Positions 26,358 through 32,000 of a stretch of 32,000 nt of DNA are shown one piece after another (position 1 is the stretch's first letter; each line of letters begins with the position of its first letter). A model generated the notes under the pieces. It was not told the DNA's origin, searched no databases, and saw only the letters and a program-made list of their open reading frames with translations. The stretch covers positions 660,001 to 692,000 of the forward strand of contig NZ_CP025989.1 of NCBI RefSeq assembly GCF_003072485.1. Direction: 5' to 3'. The position numbers and the translations under genes were made by a program. The stretch comes from Candidatus Fokinia solitaria. Lineage in GTDB: Bacteria > Pseudomonadota > Alphaproteobacteria > Rickettsiales > Midichloriaceae.

Positions 26358-26862
26358 TGCTTCTGAAGATGCTGCTTCTGAAGAGAAGTTGATTAAGCTG
26401 TACGATGAAGCGATCTCGCTATTAAATCAGCTCATAGAAAGTACCAGGGAACACACTTCACTCCTAGAACAAGATATTGAACTAGAGAAAGTGTTAACGC
26501 TTTGTAAGAAGCGGACAGGACGAGATAACTGGCAGTACTGGTCTAATAATGCCATATATTCTCTTTGCCAAGAAAAACGTGATTCACAAATAGCACTACG
26601 GAAGAAAAAGATTCAGCTGTTGGAGTACTATAAACAAATGTGCCATAAAGAGAAGGAAGTAAGAGAACAAATTCATAACATCTATAGTGCTATGGCTAGC
26701 AACGAAAGAGAAATAGTACGAGAGAAGCGAGCAAAGGCAATCTTTTTGGCAAAGCAGTGGGATAATGAAATCTCGCAACACGATCGGCAAGTTGACTTAT
26801 TAAAGAAAAATATAAAAGAATATGAAACAGAACTACTAAAATATGGTTACGTCTTTGAGTAG
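26263..26862 (+). CDS. Predicted exported coiled-coil protein (signal-peptide cassette family)
   Basis: MPLLILCFAVCASLITPLLQSHAITKTEISYSASEDAASEEKL..., followed by a charged coiled coil. Confidence 0.7.
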   Translation: MPLLILCFAVCASLITPLLQSHAITKTEISYSASEDAASEEKLIKLYDEAISLLNQLIESTREHTSLLEQDIELEKVLTLCKKRTGRDNWQYWSNNAIYSLCQEKRDSQIALRKKKIQLLEYYKQMCHKEKEVREQIHNIYSAMASNEREIVREKRAKAIFLAKQWDNEISQHDRQVDLLKKNIKEYETELLKYGYVFE

Positions 26863-26873
26863 CTCGTAAACTT

Positions 26874-27173
26874 GTACTATAGCACGCCATTTCGAGGGAT
26901 ATAAGTGGTGGAAAAACAGTTATCTCATACGATAATGGTACTCTGACAACTCGCAGTCATTTCCATCACTACCCTCTTCTATAAACTCAGACTGATACGG
27001 TATTTTATGATTATCTGAGTATTGCAAGTTGCGTTGTGATTATCTAGCATACGCATGTTTTAATTCTCATGTGTAGACATGCCTCTACTGATCTTGTGCT
27101 TTGCAGTGTGTGCATCGCTAATAACTCCCCTTCTTCAAAGCCACGCAATCACGAAAACTGAGATTTCATATAG
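26874..27173 (+). repeat. ~300 bp direct repeat, copy C
   Basis: gtactatagcacgccatttcgaggg... to ...ctgagatttcatatag; copy B plus 816 bp. Confidence 0.95.
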
Positions 27174-27462
27174 CGCCATTGAAAAAAGTGCTTTCGAAGA
27201 TAAAGTACAAAGCTGGGAGAGAAGAATCAGATACTTAAAAAGAGAAGTAGAAGATTTGCGCACCAAAATCTCATATAACACTGCGGGAAAAAAGAAGATT
27301 GAAGGTTTATTATGGGAGATTAGGAGTTTAATGCTTGAGATCGAAGATCTAAGAGCTACCACCTCATATCCTTCTGTTATCTCAGATGAATGCACGCGTT
27401 TAGAAGTAGAGATCAAATGGCTAAAATTCGACTTAGAATGGGAAGTACGATACTTAAAGTAA
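27079..27462 (+). CDS. Predicted exported coiled-coil protein (signal-peptide cassette family)
   Basis: MPLLILCFAVCASLITPLLQSHAITKTEISYSAIEKSAFEDKVQSWERRIRYLKREVEDLRTKISYNT...; same first ~32 aa as the 26263 ORF, different afterwards. Confidence 0.65.
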   Translation: MPLLILCFAVCASLITPLLQSHAITKTEISYSAIEKSAFEDKVQSWERRIRYLKREVEDLRTKISYNTAGKKKIEGLLWEIRSLMLEIEDLRATTSYPSVISDECTRLEVEIKWLKFDLEWEVRYLK

Positions 27463-27555
27463 ACTGGTAAAGAGGGTAAAGTAGCAGATTTATGTATTTT
27501 CAAATTATTTAAAGACTGCTATCATCTACTTGGTAAATGAGTGATACGGTATTTT

Positions 27556-28014
27556 ATGAACATATTTCATAATACTTTTACAAGGCTCTTCGCTTCTTTT
27601 GTTTCGCAAGATAAATACGGTAATAAGTACTATACATCAAGGAAATTCTCGAAATACTTCTTAGCTTCATCATCTTCCAGGAGATGGGTGGTGTACTCTA
27701 ATTTTTGGGGAGATTATTTTCGCAATGAATCTACTTCTATCGATAACAGCAATTTCAACTGGCTATACCATAGACAATCATCATCCGCACATAAGGATGA
27801 GACATTACATCACAAATACGATAAAGTATTTCTGAATGATTCAGGCCGCACACCAGCGACTGATGACAACGTAGAAACTTACATTGCGCATTGCAATTCC
27901 AAAGAGTTACCTAATACACCGAATCTTACTGGCACCGTAGCGCGCATGATGCATACTAGCTATGGTTGCAAGAATCGGCTTGTTGATGTAGAGTATTTTC
28001 CTTGGAATTACTAA
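27556..28014 (+). CDS. NADH:ubiquinone oxidoreductase subunit NDUFA12 family protein
   Basis: SQDKYGNKYYTSRK...SSRRWVVYSNFWGD...SNFNWLYHRQ, consistent with the NDUFA12/B17.2 family. ATG at 27556 preferred over the GTG at 27541. Confidence 0.8.
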   Translation: MNIFHNTFTRLFASFVSQDKYGNKYYTSRKFSKYFLASSSSRRWVVYSNFWGDYFRNESTSIDNSNFNWLYHRQSSSAHKDETLHHKYDKVFLNDSGRTPATDDNVETYIAHCNSKELPNTPNLTGTVARMMHTSYGCKNRLVDVEYFPWNY

Positions 28015-28032
28015 CACTTATTCCTTTTATCT

Positions 28033-28260
28033 ATGAAAAAACGCATGACTGAAGCATTGCTGCAAAGATTTCCGGACGCAGTCCTTTCGATACAGGAAAT
28101 TGCATGCGATGAGATGCATTATCATATATCAATTCAGACTGCTGAGTTCGTCGGAAAAACACTTCTCGAGCAACATAAGATGGTATATTGCACGATAGGA
28201 GAGTATGTCGGTAACGAAGTGCATGCGGTAAAAATAAAAACTGCATCGCCATCGTATTAA
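28033..28260 (+). CDS. BolA family protein
   Basis: 75 aa: LLQRFPDAVLSIQEIACDEMHYHISIQTAEFVGKTLLEQHKMVYCTIGEYVGNEVHAVKIKTASP, the BolA-like fold pattern (F.G....+H..V...L......VHA+.+KT..P). Confidence 0.85.
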   Translation: MKKRMTEALLQRFPDAVLSIQEIACDEMHYHISIQTAEFVGKTLLEQHKMVYCTIGEYVGNEVHAVKIKTASPSY

Positions 28261-28281
28261 ATATATTTTTATGATTATGTT

Positions 28282-29679
28282 ATGAAAGAGTATGATATAG
28301 TAATCATCGGTAGTGGTCCGGGCGGATATGTTGCCGCAATAAGAGCTGCGCAACTCAAGATGCGAGTGCTGATTGTGGAAAAAGAAGCACTAGGAGGTAT
28401 ATGTCTAAACTGGGGATGCATCCCTACAAAAGCACTCTTAAAATCATCTGAAACTCTTTACCATCTCAAAAAGGCACATTTTTCTGGTATAATAGCGAAA
28501 GATATTTCATTCGATTTACAGAAAATCGTTCAGCAATCAAGAGATGCATCCACTCAATTAAACAGAGGAGTCGGTACTTTACTGAAAAAGAACAATGTAG
28601 AGGTAATTTTTGGACATGCTACTATTAAAACAAAGCATGAATTGCATATATTAGGAAATGATAATAAGGAGTATAACGTTAAAGCAAAGAATATCATAAT
28701 CGCCACTGGTGCATCGGTACGTCAGCTTCCAAATGTACCTATAGACGGTAAAATAGTATGGTCGTACAAAGAAGCAATGACACCTAAAACATTACCACAA
28801 TCATTACTCGTTATAGGGAGTGGCGCTATAGGCATGGAATTTGCAAATTTCTACAGCGTTTTAGGGACGAAAGTCACGATTGCTGAGAAAATGCCACGAA
28901 TAATGCAAACAGAAGATCACGACATTTCCGCGCTCATGCATAAAGCAATGGAAGAACTTGGAATATGTATCAAGACTTCTGCTACTATCGATAAATTTGA
29001 AGTAAAAAACGAAAAAGCATGCGTTACAATCACTACTAATAAAAAGTCAGAAGAAGCTTTCTTTGATAATGTTATTTCTGCAGCTGGAGTTGTACCAAAT
29101 ACTAAAGGTATAGGATTAGAGAATTTAGGTATTCTCTTATCTGACAACGGTAAAATCATCGTGAACAATAAAATGTGCACAAATGTAGATAATGTTTATG
29201 CAATAGGCGATATAAACGATAAACCGTACATGCTTGCTCACAAAGCAAGCCATGAAGGAATTATTTGCGTAGAAGCAATATGTAATATAAATTCACATGA
29301 CTTAGATTATAATGCTATTCCAGCATGCATATACACCACTCCACAAGTCGCAAGTATCGGATATACAGAAGAAGCAGCTAAACAATTGAATTGCAAAATT
29401 GCTGTAAGTAAGTTTCCTTTTATTGGAAATGGAAAAGCTGTAGCAACTCATACTACAAATGGCTTAGTAAAAATTATTACAAATGTCGATACTGGAGAAG
29501 TGCTCGGCGCGCATATGATAGGAGAAAATGTAAGCGAAATGATATGCTGCTTCGGCGTACTAAAAGCGTCAGAAGGGACAGTTAATGAAATACTTTCAAC
29601 AATATTTCCGCATCCTACAATATCAGAAACTATACATGAAGCTGCACTCGGTGTATATAATCGTACAATTCATTTATGA
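28282..29679 (+). CDS. lpdA: Dihydrolipoyl dehydrogenase (E3)
   Basis: DIVIIGSGPGGYVAAIRAAQL, EALGGICLNWGCIPTKALLKSSE, IIIATGASVRQLP, VIGSGAIGMEFANFY, VYAIGDINDKPYMLAHKASHEG, HPHPTISETIHEAAL-type C-terminus (FPHPTISETIHEAALG). Confidence 0.97.
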   Translation: MKEYDIVIIGSGPGGYVAAIRAAQLKMRVLIVEKEALGGICLNWGCIPTKALLKSSETLYHLKKAHFSGIIAKDISFDLQKIVQQSRDASTQLNRGVGTLLKKNNVEVIFGHATIKTKHELHILGNDNKEYNVKAKNIIIATGASVRQLPNVPIDGKIVWSYKEAMTPKTLPQSLLVIGSGAIGMEFANFYSVLGTKVTIAEKMPRIMQTEDHDISALMHKAMEELGICIKTSATIDKFEVKNEKACVTITTNKKSEEAFFDNVISAAGVVPNTKGIGLENLGILLSDNGKIIVNNKMCTNVDNVYAIGDINDKPYMLAHKASHEGIICVEAICNINSHDLDYNAIPACIYTTPQVASIGYTEEAAKQLNCKIAVSKFPFIGNGKAVATHTTNGLVKIITNVDTGEVLGAHMIGENVSEMICCFGVLKASEGTVNEILSTIFPHPTISETIHEAALGVYNRTIHL

Positions 29680-29853
29680 TACCGTATCTTTCTGTAATCT
29701 ACGACTCATGAATGTCTAGTTTATGAATACTACGTCAGAAATTAGAAAAGAAAAAAGACTCTCCTTCTATACAGCATTGGTGTAGTAGTGATAATATAGT
29801 CGTTATTTATCATTTCGTTTTATCTCTCTTACAAGAAGGAAAGGCATGCACAA

Positions 29854-31365
29854 ATGATAGAAACAATACGTGAAAAAGCTATGGCATTGAATAGAAATAG
29901 AGAAAATATCGGAAGAGGCAATGATGGCATCAATGCGAACATGCTGTCATTTATAGGTAATCTCTTTATAGGAGTAATTGGTACAAGTATAGTATCATTA
30001 ATAGGAAATAGCATGCGTAGTCTCGGCAAAGCAGAAGTAGGATGCGTGAATGAAGTGGAAGAGTACTTTAAGAGAGTATGCGAGGAGGATGAGCTGCAGA
30101 ATTTAGAGAATAAGAGGGAGAAAGGAGATGATAAAGTGGCAAAGGTAGTGCAAGAAGTGGCGAAGGAAGAAGAGAAGGTAGTGCAAGAAGTGGCGAAGGA
30201 AGAAGAGAAGGTAGTGCAAGAAGTGGCGAAGGAAGAAGAGAAGGTAGTGCAAGAAGTGGTGAAGGAAGAAGAGAAGGTAGTGCAAGAAGGTAAGAAGGAA
30301 GAAGAGAAGGTAGTACAAGTAGGTAAGGAGAGAATAGTAGAGGAAGAGAAGAGGAGAGAAAGATGGGAAGGATTAAGTGAGGAGCAGAAGAAGAAAATGG
30401 AGAAGCTGCAGATCTCAGAAGAAAGCAAGAAAAAAACTATTATTAGAAGGCAGGAGGAGATCAAAGCATATCCAGAGGTAAAAGATTACGACGATAAGAT
30501 GATGTTCATTCGAAAAAAGCTAAGCGAGAAATCGCTTCAATATGAATTACTAGTGAATCAGATAAAACAGAAGAAATTACTAGGAGAGTTAGATTCTATT
30601 CTGGAAATGGAAAAACAAAAGAATGAGAGAGAGTATGAGCAATGGGTAATAAGAGAAGAGAGAAACCGTGATCAGCTGAAACATGTACAAGAGCAGGAAT
30701 TGCCAAAGTTTATAATCACTGAAAACGATAGAAGAGCAATTGTGTGGAAAGAAGCATCGGAAAAGCTTCTTCAAGCAAGTGTAATAGCAGCTCAAGCGTG
30801 GCAAATGGAATTAAAAGGAGATGTAGGAGGAGCTGCTGCACTTCGAAAACAGTATCATTCTCCTCTCATGGAGGATGCTTATAAGATCAGCATGAAATTA
30901 CACGATCTATACAGTATTGCACCGTTTGCTCCTGCTAGATTAGAAGATAAAGATGTTGTGATGAAAGGAGGTACGAGAACAGATTACAGGACTTATACCT
31001 CTCCTAATAATCCAAATGTGTTATTCACTCACAGTTCAAAGAAGTTTTATAATGCATTTAAGGACGTTATACATAAGATACACTTCTGTAAACCTATGAA
31101 AGTAGGAGACTTCAATCCTTCTATATTCGAAGGTGATAGAAAAAAGGAAATAATGGTCGCTCCTATGTGTACTTCTCCTCATTGTTGTCCAGGAACATCA
31201 GAGTTAACTCCTAGAGAGTTTTTTGTCACAGATGATCATTACAACAATGCCGATGTATTTACCCTCTCTACCAATGATATGTTATACACTACATACGACG
31301 GTGTAGTTCATCACAATGGCGGCATCGATTCCTCCATACTTCATACAGATAGCGTTATATCTTAG
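29854..31365 (+). CDS. Hypothetical protein with N-terminal hydrophobic segment, 11-aa tandem repeats, coiled coil and unknown C-terminal domain
   Basis: 503-aa ORF. MLSFIGNLFIGVIGTSIVSLIG segment, repeated KVVQEVAKEEE, and a Cys/His-containing C-terminus (HFCKPMKVGDFNPS...VAPMCTSPHCCPGTSELTPREFF). Confidence 0.8.
   Translation: MIETIREKAMALNRNRENIGRGNDGINANMLSFIGNLFIGVIGTSIVSLIGNSMRSLGKAEVGCVNEVEEYFKRVCEEDELQNLENKREKGDDKVAKVVQEVAKEEEKVVQEVAKEEEKVVQEVAKEEEKVVQEVVKEEEKVVQEGKKEEEKVVQVGKERIVEEEKRRERWEGLSEEQKKKMEKLQISEESKKKTIIRRQEEIKAYPEVKDYDDKMMFIRKKLSEKSLQYELLVNQIKQKKLLGELDSILEMEKQKNEREYEQWVIREERNRDQLKHVQEQELPKFIITENDRRAIVWKEASEKLLQASVIAAQAWQMELKGDVGGAAALRKQYHSPLMEDAYKISMKLHDLYSIAPFAPARLEDKDVVMKGGTRTDYRTYTSPNNPNVLFTHSSKKFYNAFKDVIHKIHFCKPMKVGDFNPSIFEGDRKKEIMVAPMCTSPHCCPGTSELTPREFFVTDDHYNNADVFTLSTNDMLYTTYDGVVHHNGGIDSSILHTDSVIS
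30142..30330 (+). repeat. 33-bp tandem repeat (about 5 full units plus a degenerate one)
   Basis: Units aaggtagtgcaagaagtggcgaaggaagaagag start at 30142, 30175, 30208, 30241 and 30274, with a degenerate unit at 30307. Confidence 0.95.
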
Positions 31366-31697
31366 TTCGTCCTCGCTTCCAAGTACAGCAGCACGTATTT
31401 GGAAGCTTTCCATCTTACTTCTTCTTAGCTCCTGTTTTCCCTCTCATACTCCATTTATAGAACAATGTTCTTTTCTCTTCTACCTCTTATACTCTTCTTA
31501 CTATTATTTCTCTCTTCTGGCTTATACTTCTCTATAAATGCCGTTCAGAATCCTTTCTACCAACTCTCTCCTTTACTCATAATCCTTCCTTGCATCGCTT
31601 TAAGCTGGATTCTCCATAATGGTACTTCGAAAACTAAACAATCCTCTTTCTTAAATGGCATCGCTAATCATGACATCCTCACGACGTGTATACCAGC

Positions 31698-32000
31698 TTA
31701 AGACTCGTCATTATTTCTAATTTTCTCACCTTTTACTATCATCTTCACTTCTTCTACAGTAAGAGTTTCGTACTTCAGTAGTGCATTTGCTATCAATTCA
31801 AGTTCATCTTTATGTTCTCTAAGAATTCTTTGTGCCACCATTCTCGCACCTTCTATAATAGCTTTTACCTCTTCATCTGCAATTTTTGATATCTCTTCCG
31901 AACAATTACGATAGTATGATTCTTGTTCCTGTACTTTTACATGCCCTATTCTTTCACTCATACCAAAATCTATTACCATTCTTTTAGCAATCTTCGTTAC
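31698..32000 (-). CDS. ftsH: C-terminal part of the ATP-dependent zinc metalloprotease FtsH (truncated by window end)
   Basis: Minus strand reads VTKIAKRMVIDFGMSERIGHV...ISKIADEEVKAIIEGARMVAQRILREHKDELELIANALLKYETLTVEEVKMIVKG, the FtsH C-terminal signature (A..MV...GMS..LG......IDxEV..I...A...A..IL......L..+A..LLEYETL...E+). The ORF continues past 31979 into the window edge. Confidence 0.85.
   Translation of the reverse strand, partial: VTKIAKRMVIDFGMSERIGHVKVQEQESYYRNCSEEISKIADEEVKAIIEGARMVAQRILREHKDELELIANALLKYETLTVEEVKMIVKGEKIRNNDES

Noticed and set aside
30103-30318. 71-aa minus-strand ORF MYYLLFFLLTFLHYLLFF... resembling a small membrane protein
   Set aside because: Also antisense of the same tandem repeat.
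30142-30330. 33-bp tandem repeat considered as a CRISPR array
   Set aside because: Contiguous units without spacers, in frame within a protein-coding gene.
29829-30464. 211-aa minus-strand ORF with repeated FSSSFATSCTT
   Set aside because: Antisense reading of the 33-bp tandem repeat in the 503-aa gene. The repeat explains both the length and the pattern.
31465-31701. 78-aa plus-strand ORF with hydrophobic N-terminus (MFFSLLPLILFLLLFLSSGLYFS...)
   Set aside because: Signal-peptide-like, but it lies in a pyrimidine-rich intergenic stretch that encodes Leu/Phe/Ser in any frame and runs into the ftsH end. Not enough support to call a gene.

Overview
This window looks like a compact, AT-rich stretch of a reduced alphaproteobacterial genome. 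It is probably from a Rickettsiales-type intracellular bacterium, inferred from gene content only. Housekeeping genes supported by sequence motifs are: the uvrD-like 3' end, an OmpR/PhoB-type response regulator, a YihY/BrkB membrane protein, a holA-like gene, ffh, murA, rnpA, rnpB (RNase P RNA), pdhA, tRNA-Leu(CAA), rpsP, rlmN, parB, nadK, lon, an ftsB/divIC-like gene, a lone rplV, recJ, dnaK, an NDUFA12-family gene, a bolA-family gene, lpdA and the 3' end of ftsH. Accessory content sits between these genes. The observations most worth following up are: (1) a small secreted protein (9880-10425, -) whose mature region resembles the bacterial RNase A-like toxin domain of CDI systems, translationally coupled to murA; (2) an array of secreted-protein genes (23.6-27.5 kb) that share a near-identical upstream and signal-peptide cassette but have unrelated mature regions, flanked by ~300 bp direct repeats spaced exactly 816 bp apart; (3) a MurA with Asp in place of the catalytic Cys (predicted fosfomycin insensitivity); (4) adjacent rnpA and rnpB; (5) rplV outside its usual operon; (6) two large repeat-bearing coiled-coil proteins that could be effectors or surface proteins. 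No CRISPR array, transposase or prophage was recognised. All family assignments come from reading the sequence; no database search was run.
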